From the NCBI GenBank assembly GCA_963810095.1, contig CAWEMM010000006.1:320001-384000 (forward strand): a DNA stretch of 64,000 bases, given 5' to 3'. The notes under the pieces were generated by a model. It had not been told where the DNA came from. It saw nothing but the letters and a program-made list of their open reading frames with translations, and made no database searches. Each line of letters begins with the position of its first letter. Within the stretch, counting starts at the first letter, position 1. This document shows positions 11,023 to 20,942 of this stretch, piece by piece. The translations under genes were made by a program, and so were the position numbers. The stretch is from an uncultured Chloroflexia bacterium (lineage in GTDB: Bacteria > Chloroflexota > Anaerolineae > CG2-30-64-16).

Positions 11023-11391
11023 GTGTTTCGAAGCTACGAGCATAAGTCCCAGGCGCTGCTGCCGCGAGCCCAATTCCTGCGCCGGCTGTTGGGGCACGTC
11101 CTTGTCGCTCTCGGCTTCATGACGTTTGCCCTCGCCGTCGGGATCGTCGGCTATCACGTCACCGAACACCTGGGTTGGCTCGATTCGCTCCTCAATGCCG
11201 CGATGATCCTTGGCGGCATGGGGCCGGTCGACGCCGTCAAGACCGCTGCGGGTAAACTCTTCGCCTCCTTTTACGCCCTCTTTTCCGGCGTGGTTTTTCT
11301 GGGAATTGCCGGGATCATCGTTGCGCCGATTGCGCACCGCCTGCTGCACCGGCTGCACCTGGAAATGGAGGATGAGCCCGCGAAGGGTTGA
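11023..11391 (+). CDS. Small two-TM membrane protein (K-channel-like topology, GMGP motif)
   Basis: RBS GGAGG, GTG start; TM1, WLDSLLNAAMILGGMGPV, TM2. Confidence 0.75.
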   Translation: MFRSYEHKSQALLPRAQFLRRLLGHVLVALGFMTFALAVGIVGYHVTEHLGWLDSLLNAAMILGGMGPVDAVKTAAGKLFASFYALFSGVVFLGIAGIIVAPIAHRLLHRLHLEMEDEPAKG

Positions 11392-11445
11392 CCGCGCCGG
11401 CGATCAATGCCATACTTTATTCGCAAGCTTGTGGGTGGAGACCGC

Positions 11446-11694
11446 ATGTCCCTTTCCGATTTTTTGCGCCGCGACCGGGCTCGCCGGCAGATCGCCGTGT
11501 CAGGCCAGGTGATTCCAGAGGCCGGGCGCTGCGTCCAATGCGGTATTTGTTCGTTCTATTGCCCGATCAGTATCGACGTGCGCCGTCACGCCTGGGAAGG
11601 TCAGCCCGTGATTGAAAGCCACTGCCTGACGTGCGGCGAGTGCGTCGCGCGCTGCCCGCGCGGCGTGCTCCGCTTCGAGCGAACGCAATCGTAG
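11446..11694 (+). CDS. 4Fe-4S dicluster ferredoxin-like protein
   Basis: CVQCGICSFYCP and CLTCGECVARCP motifs; GGAG RBS before ATG at 11446. Confidence 0.85.
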   Translation: MSLSDFLRRDRARRQIAVSGQVIPEAGRCVQCGICSFYCPISIDVRRHAWEGQPVIESHCLTCGECVARCPRGVLRFERTQS

Positions 11695-11735
11695 GGACGA
11701 CGCCAATCGTCGCGCCCTGGTCGCCAGGAAAGACT

Positions 11736-13043
11736 ATGCCCGCCCGCTACCTCATCATTGGCGCCGGTGTTGCCGCCATGGCGGCAGCCGAAAGCATCCG
11801 CACGGCAGACGCGGCCGGCGAGATCACGCTGCTTGCCGACGACCGGCAAGGGTACTACTCGCGCCCCGGCCTGGCCTATTACCTCACGGGCGAAGTTACC
11901 CGCCCGCTGCTCTTCCCATACAAGGACCCGGACTGGGCCCGCTTGTCCGCACGACGGGTGCTGGGACGCGCGGCCCGCCTCGATCCTGCGGCTCACCGCG
12001 TTTTCCTCGACGACGGCGCCGTCCTGCCCTACGACCGGCTGTTGCTGGCGACGGGCGCGACCGCGGTCCGGCCCGAGCTGCCCGGCGTCGACCTCCCGGA
12101 AGTCGTGAAGCTGGACAACCTGGAGGACGCGGACCGCATGATTGCGCTTGCCAAGCGCGCCCGATCGGCCGTCGTCATCGGGGGAGGCATCACCGCGCTG
12201 GAGATTGCGGAAGGACTGCGGCCCTACTGCCGGCAGATCCACTACCTCCTCCGCGGCGACCGCTACTGGAGCAACGTCCTCGATGAAGCTGAATCCCAGC
12301 TCGTCATGGGGCGGCTCAAGCATGACGGCGTCCAGCTGCACACGCGCACCGAAGCCGCGGCGGTGCAGGGCGCGGGTGGGCATGTCACGGGCGTGCTCAC
12401 GATGGAGGGTGAGCGGATACCCTGCGAATTGGTTGCCTTCGCCATCGGGGTCATGCCGCGCACGGAACTGGCCCGGTTTGCCCGCCTGGCCGTCGACCGG
12501 GGCATCCTCGTCGACGACCGCCTGGCAACCAGCGCGGCCGACATCTTTGCGGCCGGCGACGTTGCCCAGGTATACGACCCTCACACGGGCCGGGCGATCC
12601 TGGACACGCTCTGGAATGTTGCCCGGGGGCAAGGCGAGGTCGCGGGGCGCAACATGGCGGGTGCGAACGTGCCCTACGTCAAGCCCGTCGCGCTCAACGT
12701 CACCCGGCTGGCAGGCATCACGACGACCATCATCGGCGCCGTGGGCGCCGGGAAGGACGCGGACCTGGTTGGCATCGCCCGCGGCGACAGCGAGGCGTGG
12801 CGGGCGCTGGGCGACGCGGTGACCGCGGAAAACCACCACGAGATCAATCGCCTGCGTCTGCTGATCGGACCCACCACCATCGTTGGCGCGGTGCTGATGG
12901 GCGACCAGGCATTGTCGCGGCCCCTGCAACGGCTGATCGCCCAATCCATCGACATCACCCCGATTCGCGGCCGCTTGCTGGCGCCCGGTGCGGCGCTGGG
13001 CAAGATCATTACGGAGTTCGAGCATGCAATCCCTCGCCCGTGA
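11736..13043 (+). CDS. FAD-dependent pyridine nucleotide-disulfide oxidoreductase (NirB/rubredoxin-reductase-like)
   Basis: IIGAGVAAMAAA, YDRLLLATGA, VVIGGGITALE, TSAADIFAAGDVAQ. Confidence 0.9.
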   Translation: MPARYLIIGAGVAAMAAAESIRTADAAGEITLLADDRQGYYSRPGLAYYLTGEVTRPLLFPYKDPDWARLSARRVLGRAARLDPAAHRVFLDDGAVLPYDRLLLATGATAVRPELPGVDLPEVVKLDNLEDADRMIALAKRARSAVVIGGGITALEIAEGLRPYCRQIHYLLRGDRYWSNVLDEAESQLVMGRLKHDGVQLHTRTEAAAVQGAGGHVTGVLTMEGERIPCELVAFAIGVMPRTELARFARLAVDRGILVDDRLATSAADIFAAGDVAQVYDPHTGRAILDTLWNVARGQGEVAGRNMAGANVPYVKPVALNVTRLAGITTTIIGAVGAGKDADLVGIARGDSEAWRALGDAVTAENHHEINRLRLLIGPTTIVGAVLMGDQALSRPLQRLIAQSIDITPIRGRLLAPGAALGKIITEFEHAIPRP

Positions 13044-13698
13044 GCGGCCGAAGCCGGTGGAGCTGTGGTGGGCGGCGGGGATCATGGTCGCGATCACAGC
13101 CCTCTATCTCCTGCTGACCCAGGTCGCAGGCGCCAGCCCGCGCTCGAGCGGCCTGTTAGGCCATGGCATCGGGGTGGTCGGGTTCATCCTGATGCTGATG
13201 ACCGAAACGCTCTACTCGCTGCGCAAGCGCTCGCGGCGGGCGCGCTGGGGCCGCACGGCCAGTTGGCTGCGGTTCCACATCGTGACGGGAATCGTGGGGC
13301 CGTACATGGTCCTGCTGCACGCCGCATGGCGCTACAACGGCCTGGCCGGACTGGTCATGTTGATGACCGTGATCGTGGTGATCAGCGGGTTTGTCGGCCG
13401 CTACATCTACACGCGCATACCGCGCAATGCGGACGGCCTGATGTTGGAAGCCGCCGAATTGCAGGCACAGCTCGACTCCGCCGGGGGTTTGCTCGCGGAA
13501 GGCGGAGCCGGGGCACGCGACGCGGGCCGGATTGCCGCACGCCAGAAGCAGCTCGAACGACAGGCGACCATGGTGACAAGCACCCGCAAGGCCATGGGAA
13601 CGTGGACCTCGGTTCATATTCCGCTGGGCGTTGCGCTCTTCACCGCCGCGTTCCTCCACATCCTCGCGGCCATTTACTTCGCTACGCTGCTGCACTGA
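13024..13698 (+). CDS. His-rich integral membrane protein (cytochrome b/ferric-reductase-like TM domain)
   Basis: About 5 TM segments, with His in GHGIG, WLRFHIVTG, LLHAA, VHIPL and FLHIL. Overlaps the upstream stop. Confidence 0.75.
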   Translation: MQSLARERPKPVELWWAAGIMVAITALYLLLTQVAGASPRSSGLLGHGIGVVGFILMLMTETLYSLRKRSRRARWGRTASWLRFHIVTGIVGPYMVLLHAAWRYNGLAGLVMLMTVIVVISGFVGRYIYTRIPRNADGLMLEAAELQAQLDSAGGLLAEGGAGARDAGRIAARQKQLERQATMVTSTRKAMGTWTSVHIPLGVALFTAAFLHILAAIYFATLLH

Positions 13699-13755
13699 CC
13701 GACAGTGTGGTGTGATGCGGGCAAGCTGCCTGCGTCACACCGCATGGGAGACTCA

Positions 13756-15415
13756 ATGAACCGACGGCTTGGCTGTATGACGGGGGGCGGCCTGCTCGCC
13801 GCAGCCCTCACGATCGCCATCGTGCTCGTGTTCTACGTCGCGCGGGGCGGCGCCATGTTCAGCCCCGGCCCGCTCAACGCGCAGCCCGGCGAAGAGGCGC
13901 TGGGTGGTGTGACGGCCCACGCGGAAATTGGGGGCCAGTGCGCGGCATGCCACACGGCGCCGTGGTCAAGCGCAACCCTCGCGGATCGCTGCCAGGCCTG
14001 TCATGCTTCCGTCGCAAACGAACTGGTAAGCAACCAGGGACTCCACGCCCAACTCAGAGGACAGGCCGGCGCCTTCGATTGTCGGGGCTGCCACAGCGAG
14101 CACAAGGGCCCGACGGCCGCGCTGACCCAGATCGACCCCGCGGCCTTCCCCCACGCTGCCACAGGTTACGACCTGGCCGGCCATCGGGCAGATGACCGGC
14201 GGACGGCCCTTTGCGTGCGGCGACTGCCACACGACCGGCGTCACCCAGTTCGCCGTGGCAACCTGCCAGGATTGTCACCGGCAGATGGACGCGGCGTACA
14301 TGACGGCGCACGTCGCCGACTTCGGCGAGGCGTGTCTCGGCTGCCACGACGGGGTTGACCGCTACAGCCGCAAGCGCTTCGACCACAACGCGCTGTCCTT
14401 CGCCCTCGATGGTGAGCACACGGACCTGGCTTGCAGCAAGTGTCATGCCGGCGCGGCCTCGCCAGGCGACCTGCAAGCAACGAAGTCGGGATGCGTGGAC
14501 TGCCACCGGGCGGACGACGCACACAAGGGCCAGTTCGGGACCGACTGCGCGGGCTGCCACAACACGGCTGCCTGGCCCGACGCCACCTTCGACCACGCCA
14601 AGACCGCCTTCCCGCTGACCGGCAAGCACGAGGGCGTGAAGTGCCAGGACTGCCACCGGGACGGCCGTTTCAAGGGCACAAGCGCCCAATGCGTCGACTG
14701 CCACCGGGCGGACGACGCCCACAAGGGCCAGTTCGGGACCGACTGCGCGGGCTGCCACAACACGAGTGCCTGGCCCGACGCCACCTTCGACCATGCCAAG
14801 ACCGCCTTCCCGCTGACCGGCAAGCACCAGGGCGTGAAGTGCCAGGACTGCCACCGGGACGGCCAGTTCAAGGGCACGAGCTCCCAATGCGTCGACTGCC
14901 ACCGGGCGGACGACGCCCACAAGGGCCAGTTCGGGACGGACTGCGCGGGCTGCCACAACACGGCTGCCTGGCCCGACGCCACCTTCGACCATGCCAAGAC
15001 CGCCTTCCCGCTGACCGGCAAGCACCAGGGCGTTAAGTGCCAGGACTGCCACCGGGACGGCCAGTTCAAGGGAACTCCTCAGCAGTGCGCTGCCTGCCAC
15101 GAGGACCCGGTCTTCCATCGCGGCGCGTTCGGAACGCAGTGCCAGGACTGCCACACGACGGCCCGTTGGCAGCCCGCCACCTTCAACCAGCGCCACACTT
15201 TCCCGATCGATCACGGTGAAGGCGGCGCCTCATCCTGTCGCACATGCCACCCCGATGCCGTAAAAGCCTATACCTGTTACGGCTGCCACGAGCACACGCC
15301 GGCCGAGACGATTGCGAGGCATGCGGAAGAGGTGCAGGGCGATATCACGGACTGCGTGAGGTGCCACCCAACCGGACAGGAAGAGGGTGAGGGCCACGGG
15401 GGCGGCGGCGACTGA
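13756..15415 (+). CDS. Membrane-anchored multiheme cytochrome c, 21 CXXCH motifs (frameshift near 14190)
   Basis: N-terminal TM plus FSPGPL. Three CXXCH in ORF 13705-14358 and 18 in ORF 14192-15415. Confidence 0.9.
14492..15085 (+). repeat. 3 x 198-bp near-identical coding tandem repeat (66-aa, three-heme module)
   Basis: CVDCH codons start at 14492, 14690 and 14888; the next CAACH starts at 15086. Confidence 0.95.
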
Positions 15416-15511
15416 GAGAAGCGCGGCCAGCAAGCGGGCAGCGCAGCAAGGCGGCAGACAAACAAATGGGCCGGGAAGCGTCTTGCTTCCCGACCCTCTG
15501 CGACGGGTCTC

Positions 15512-16059
15512 TTATCGACTCTTCCCCGCCTGTGACTGGCCGGCCTTCGCCGGCGGGGCTTCACCTTGCGCCTGGGGCGGCGGAGCGCCTGCCGGCGGTC
15601 GGGGATGCCGGGTCGGCCGGCGCTGCGCTGCGACCTCGCGCGCGCAGCGACCAACTCCGGCGGCGCCTCGAAATAGATCGTCACGCCTTCGAGCGGCCCA
15701 CCCATTTTCCACTTCTGTGCCAATTCCCAGCTGATGTCGGCAATCCAGCCCCGCTTGCGCAGGTTATTGCGGTGCTTGGCCTCCGCGCAATCTACAACCA
15801 TCAAGGGGCCGACGATCTCGCCGTTGGGGTGACGGATCCAGACCTTCTCGCCGATGTGCTCGGGGTCAATGAGCGCAATTGCGTCCACACACTCCGCACA
15901 CTCGGGGACGTGGCCCTTCCAGACCCGCCAGTTCCACACTTTTGTCATCAGGCTGCTCTCTCCCGTTTGCCTTGGGGGAGCATAGTAAGTGACTTCGCCG
16001 GTGATTGGCTTCGAGACCGAAAGACTTACCGTCAGGAGAACTGCCGCGATCAGCGTCAA
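15512..16059 (-). CDS. Secreted hypothetical protein, possibly RlpA-like double-psi beta-barrel (3' end uncertain)
   Basis: RBS GGGAGG then TTG; hydrophobic N-terminus; GEVTYYAP..IGEKVWI..GPLMVVDCA..IADISWELA. A frameshift near 15640 probably leads to the stop at 15512. Confidence 0.6.
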
Positions 16060-16212
16060 ATTTTCCTCCCTTGGAGCTTTTCGCAGGGAGCGACCTGCAG
16101 TGAGAGGGTCGCCAACTGCGAGGATAAGGAAGAAAGACGCTCTTTTTTGTGATTTGTTCCGCTGGAATGGAGAGTTCAGTGGCATCAGCATAGCCGAATG
16201 CAATCATGCTTT

Positions 16213-17793
16213 CTAGGGCAGTTCTAGCGCCGCGGCAGATGCCACCTCCTTCGCCAGTGTCCCCGAATGTATCAGCTCGGCCAGCGACTCGATATCCGGT
16301 GTAGTCGGGCGATCGTGCTCGAGAAATGCAGCCACACGGCGGACTGCGGCGTAGGCCGCCGCACTGCCCACCCCCAGACGGTCCGGCCCGTGCTCGCGCA
16401 GGTCCACCGCCTGTGCGGCGGTCAGCAGCTCGATGGCGAGCACCCGGCGTACGTTGTCCAGGATTTCCAGCGTGTGCCGTGCCGCATTGGCGCCCATGCT
16501 GACGTGGTCCTCCTGGTTGGCGCAGGACGGGATGGAGTCGACGCTGTCCGGATGCGCCAGCGTCTTGTTGTCGGAGACGAGGGCGGCCGCCGTGTACTGC
16601 ACCATCATCAGGCCGCCGTCAAGCCCGCTCTCGCGTACCAGCATGGCCGGCAGCCCGGCATTGAGCTCGGGCGTGAGGAGGCGGAAGATTCTGCGTTCGG
16701 CAATGTCGGCCACCTCGGCCATGGTGATGCCCAACAGATCGAGCCAGAGCGCGGGGCCCTGGCCGTGGAAGTTCCCGCCCGAAATGGCCCGGTAAGTGCC
16801 GTCGGGGTTCGGGAAGATGAGGGGGTTGTCGGTCGCCGCGTTAATCGCCGCACTGAAACGGCCGCGCACAAACGCAACCGCGTCGAGCGCGGGGCCGAGC
16901 ACCTGGGGTGTGCAGCGGAGGCTGTAGGCATCCTGCACGCGGCCGCTCATCGAGTCGACCAGCCGGCTCCCTCGGGTCAGCGCACGCATGTTAGCGGCCA
17001 CCCGCTGCTGCCCGGGCTGCCCGCTCACCGCATGCAGGTCTGGATCAAACGCAGCGGAGAGACCGGCGAGTGCTTCCAGCGAGAGCGACGCGCCGATTTG
17101 CGCGTGGGCCAGCAGGTTTTCGGCGTCGAAGGTCGCGAGCGCCCCGCACGCGGCCATAAAGTCGATGCCGTTTGAGAGCGCCAGGCCCTCCTTGGCCAGG
17201 AGCACGGGCCGTTCGATGCCCGCCCGGCGCATCGCCTCGGCCCCGTCCAGCAGCTGGCCGCCGTACCTGGCCTTCCCGCCGTAAGCACCCTGGCCCGCCG
17301 CGTCTTCAGCGCCGTCACGCGAGAGAACGACCGCAATGTGGGCCAAGGGCGCCAGGTCGCCGCTGGCCCCAAGCGAGCCCTTTGCCGGAACGACGGGCGT
17401 GACGCCCGCGTTGAGCATGTCGATCAGCGTCTGGGCGATCAACGGTCGCACGCCCGAGTTGCCCTTGGCGAGCATGTTGGCACGGATCACCATCATTGCC
17501 CGCACGACTTCATCCGGCAGCGCCTCGCCCACCCCCACGACGCACAGCACGACGAGGTTGCGCGACAACTGGCGTGCCTGGGCCGCGCTGATCTGCCGGG
17601 TAGCCAGCGAGCCGAAACCGGTGTTGACGCCGTAGATGATGCTTCCCTCGCCGTCGATGGCATCCACGACCCACTGGTGGCTGCGCTGCATCCGGGCGCA
17701 AACCTCGCCGTCGAGGGGGGCAACCTTCTCGCCGAAGCGGGCGATGGCCACAACCTGCTCGATCGTCAGGCGGCTGCCAGTGAACTCAATCAT
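16213..17793 (-). CDS. hutH: MIO-dependent ammonia-lyase, HutH-like (atypical specificity loop)
   Basis: YGVNTGFG, GSLGASGDLAPLAH (ASG/MIO), QDAYSLRC, GGNFHG, NQEDHVSM. Confidence 0.85.
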   Translation of the reverse strand: MIEFTGSRLTIEQVVAIARFGEKVAPLDGEVCARMQRSHQWVVDAIDGEGSIIYGVNTGFGSLATRQISAAQARQLSRNLVVLCVVGVGEALPDEVVRAMMVIRANMLAKGNSGVRPLIAQTLIDMLNAGVTPVVPAKGSLGASGDLAPLAHIAVVLSRDGAEDAAGQGAYGGKARYGGQLLDGAEAMRRAGIERPVLLAKEGLALSNGIDFMAACGALATFDAENLLAHAQIGASLSLEALAGLSAAFDPDLHAVSGQPGQQRVAANMRALTRGSRLVDSMSGRVQDAYSLRCTPQVLGPALDAVAFVRGRFSAAINAATDNPLIFPNPDGTYRAISGGNFHGQGPALWLDLLGITMAEVADIAERRIFRLLTPELNAGLPAMLVRESGLDGGLMMVQYTAAALVSDNKTLAHPDSVDSIPSCANQEDHVSMGANAARHTLEILDNVRRVLAIELLTAAQAVDLREHGPDRLGVGSAAAYAAVRRVAAFLEHDRPTTPDIESLAELIHSGTLAKEVASAAALELP

Positions 17794-19059
17794 AAGAATC
17801 CTCCCCCCTGCGTTGGACAGGGTCACGCTCAACCACCCGCCCCCGCTTGACCATCCGGTCGACCGCGTTGTTGCCGAGACGGTAAATCACGTCTTCAAAC
17901 GTCGGCAGACGCCAGATCTGGATATCGGCAAGCTGACCGGGGGCGAGCGCACCCCGGTCGGTCAGTCCCAGCGCCCGTGCGCCGCCGACTGTGCAGGCCA
18001 GCAGCGCCTCCTCGGCAGAAAAGCGATACAGCCGGCAGGCAAGCTGCATGACGAGCTGCAGCGACTCGGTCCAGCATGCGGGGCAGAGGTCGGTGGCCAG
18101 GGCCAGCGTCATGCCCTGCGCCATCAGCATCCGGGCATCGAACGGACGGCGATGCGCGACCGCCCAGTCGAGGGCCGGCATGACGACCCCGACCACGCCC
18201 GCCTCGGCCAGGCGGCGCGCCGCATCCGGGGTGGTGTAGTTCAGGTGATCCGCCGATACCGCGCGCAGCTCTGCTGCCAGGGCTGCGCCGCCGATATCCG
18301 AGTACGCGTCGGCGTGCACTTTGGGCTTGAGCCCTGCCGCACGCCCCGCCTCGAGGATCCGGCGCGACTCGGCCACGGTGTAGTAGCCGTCGTCCAGATA
18401 GACGTCGCAGAACTCTGCGAGCCCTTCGCGTCGCGACCTCAGGAATCATTTCGTGCAAGATGGAGTCGATATAACGCTCGCGGGGCACGCCGGGCGGGAA
18501 GTCATGTGCGGCGAGGAACGTTGGCACGACGTCCGCCGGTCCCGCTTGCCCAAGACGCCTGGCGACCCGAAGCATCCGCAGCTCGTCGGCAACGGTCAGC
18601 CCGTAGCCACTCTTCACTTCGACAGTGGTCGTGCCATGGCGGAACATGCTCTCCAGCCGGGCTGCCGCGCCGGCGAACAACTCGTCTTCCGAGGCGTTTC
18701 GGGTCATCCCGACGGTGGCGAGGATGCCCGCAGGGATGCCCAGCTCGCGCGACCTCGGCCGCGCTGCGCGTCATGCGAGCGGCGTACTCCCCGACCCGCG
18801 AGCCGCCGAACACAAGGTGGGTGTGGCTGTCGACGAAGCCGGGTGCGACGATACATCCAGACGCGTCAAGCACTGCGGCCGGCGCGACGTCAACCTGGCG
18901 TGGGACGTCGTCCTTCGTTCCGACGGCGACGATTTGCTCGCCGGCTATCGCAACCATGCCGTCCGGAATGCGGCCAGCCAAGTCATCTCCCGAGGGCACA
19001 CAGGTGAGCACCAGGCCGCCCTGGATCACAAGGCTTGCGGAAGGCAGCGACACGTTCAA
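17786..19059 (-). CDS. hutI: Imidazolonepropionase-like amidohydrolase (frameshifted)
   Basis: PGFVDSHTHLVFGG, HGTTTVEVKSGYGL, KVHAD, SADHL, ALATD across three frames. Confidence 0.85.
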
Positions 19060-20819
19060 CTCTGGGCCGGCGCCTTCTCGGCCGTGTGCGCCCCCACCGG
19101 GTGGGGCCCCCGGCGGTCGACCGTGCCGTCCTCGGGGCCGAAGGTTGCCGTTGGGCTCCACCAGAGCGGCACCCGAATGCTGTCGGTCGTCAGCGGCCCC
19201 TTGCCCTGGGCCACCTGCCGCGCCAGTTCGTAACCCGCCTGGGCGTGGCGAATTACGCCGATCCCCGAGTCGACCGTCAGAGCCGCCTCCAGCCGCAGGT
19301 CGGCTTCCTCGCTACCGTCCGCGATCATGGTGACGCCCGTGTGCACCGCCTCGCCCATGGAATAGTTCGCCTGGATGGCGATCAGGTCGCACATCGCGGA
19401 CGCATTGAGCAGCGCGTTGAGGTAGGGCCAGTCCGAGATGAGGTCGCCGCCGTCGAGCATCTTTTCCGACTCGAAGGTCGGGTTGACGATCGAGCCGGAA
19501 TCGAGGTTATCGCGCGAGAAACCGACCGGTCCCTTGACTTCGCCGTCGCGGATGAGCCGGTTGACGGCCAATCCAAACGCCTTTCGCTCGCCGAAGCCAA
19601 GATAGCACACGCGGGCGGGCAGGCCCTCGATAGGGAGAATGCGGCGAGCGAGATTGATCCACTTGACGGTCGTCGCGTCGTGCGGGAACATCTCGAGCAC
19701 CAGGTCGTCGAGCCGTGCCAGGTCCGCGGCCTCGCCCGAGAGGCAAGTCCAGCGGAACGGGCCCCGGCCGACGGTGAAGAGCGGCCGGATGTAGGCGGCG
19801 ACGAATCCGGGGATGCGCATGGCGGTTTCTTCGGGCATACCCGCGTCACGACATTCCTTGCGGATGCTCGTGCCGTATTCGAAGACCTGGACGCCCTGGT
19901 CATGGAAGCCGAGCATGGCGGTCAGCTGTCGCTTCATCGACTCGCGCGCCCGGTCCAGGTAAGCCAGCCGGTCCGTGCGGCGCGCGGCCTCGGCTTCTGC
20001 CACGGAACAACCGGCCGCAATGTAGGAAATCGGATCATGACAGGGGCACATCTCGGTGACGATGTCCGGCTTCCACCCCAACTCGAGCGCCCGGGGGAAG
20101 AGATCGGCCGCGTTCCCGTACAAGCCAATGCTCAGTGCCCGGCCCTCAGCCTTGGCCTTCTCGGCCAGTTCGATGCCCTCTTCCAGCGAGTGCACCTGCA
20201 CATCCAGGAACTTCTTCGCAATGCGCACCGGGATGATGTCGGGGTTTGCATCGACCACCAGGCAGACGCCGCCGTGCATGGTCATCGCCCGCGGCTGGTT
20301 GGCGCCCATGCCGCCGAGCCCCGCAGTGAAGAGCGTGCGCCCCACAAGTGACCCGCCGAAGTGCTGCTCGCCGATCGCGCCCAGCGTCTCGAACGTCCCC
20401 TGGATCACGCCCTGCGTGCCGATGTACTCCCAGGGCGCGGCCGTGTACTGCGCAAACATGGTCAGGTTCTTGTCCTGCAGCTCGTAGAAAACCGGCCAGG
20501 TGGCCTTCATGATGTTCGTGTTCGCCATGACGACCCGGGGCGCCAGGCGGTGGGTCTTGAAGACCGCGACGGGCATGCCGGACTGGATCGCGAGCGTTTC
20601 GTCGTTTTCGAGGTTGAGGAGCGCGTCGACGATGGCGTGATACGACTCCCAGTTGCGCGCACACTTGCCAATGCCGCCGTAGATCACCAGCCGCTCCGGC
20701 TTCTCGGCGTTCTCCATGTTGTTCTCCAACATGCGGAGCAGCGACTCCTGTTTCCAACCCTTGCAGCGGAGCGTGGGGCCGCGCTGCGCCCGAACGGAGT
20801 AAAGGATCTCGTTTTTCAC
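19056..20819 (-). CDS. hutU: Urocanate hydratase family protein (divergent)
   Basis: LRCKGWKQE, LVIYGGIGKCARNW, YIGTQGVIQGT, AGLGGMG, GRGPFRW, GLPARVC, GVIRHAQAGY. Confidence 0.9.
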   Translation of the reverse strand: MKNEILYSVRAQRGPTLRCKGWKQESLLRMLENNMENAEKPERLVIYGGIGKCARNWESYHAIVDALLNLENDETLAIQSGMPVAVFKTHRLAPRVVMANTNIMKATWPVFYELQDKNLTMFAQYTAAPWEYIGTQGVIQGTFETLGAIGEQHFGGSLVGRTLFTAGLGGMGANQPRAMTMHGGVCLVVDANPDIIPVRIAKKFLDVQVHSLEEGIELAEKAKAEGRALSIGLYGNAADLFPRALELGWKPDIVTEMCPCHDPISYIAAGCSVAEAEAARRTDRLAYLDRARESMKRQLTAMLGFHDQGVQVFEYGTSIRKECRDAGMPEETAMRIPGFVAAYIRPLFTVGRGPFRWTCLSGEAADLARLDDLVLEMFPHDATTVKWINLARRILPIEGLPARVCYLGFGERKAFGLAVNRLIRDGEVKGPVGFSRDNLDSGSIVNPTFESEKMLDGGDLISDWPYLNALLNASAMCDLIAIQANYSMGEAVHTGVTMIADGSEEADLRLEAALTVDSGIGVIRHAQAGYELARQVAQGKGPLTTDSIRVPLWWSPTATFGPEDGTVDRRGPHPVGAHTAEKAPAQS

Positions 20820-20942
20820 GGGTGACTCCTGGTGGGGCTCTTGCCATGGAGGCCACAGACGGCCCTGAGTTACTCAGAGAGCACGAGAATCAGGGCCGAG
20901 GTTGCTCGCCGCGCGCCCGCGGCGCCCTCTGTGGCTGATCTG

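Noticed and set aside
14492-15085. Tandem repeat as a CRISPR array
   Set aside because: Units are 198 bp, in frame, coding for CXXCH modules, with no unique spacers and no cas genes.
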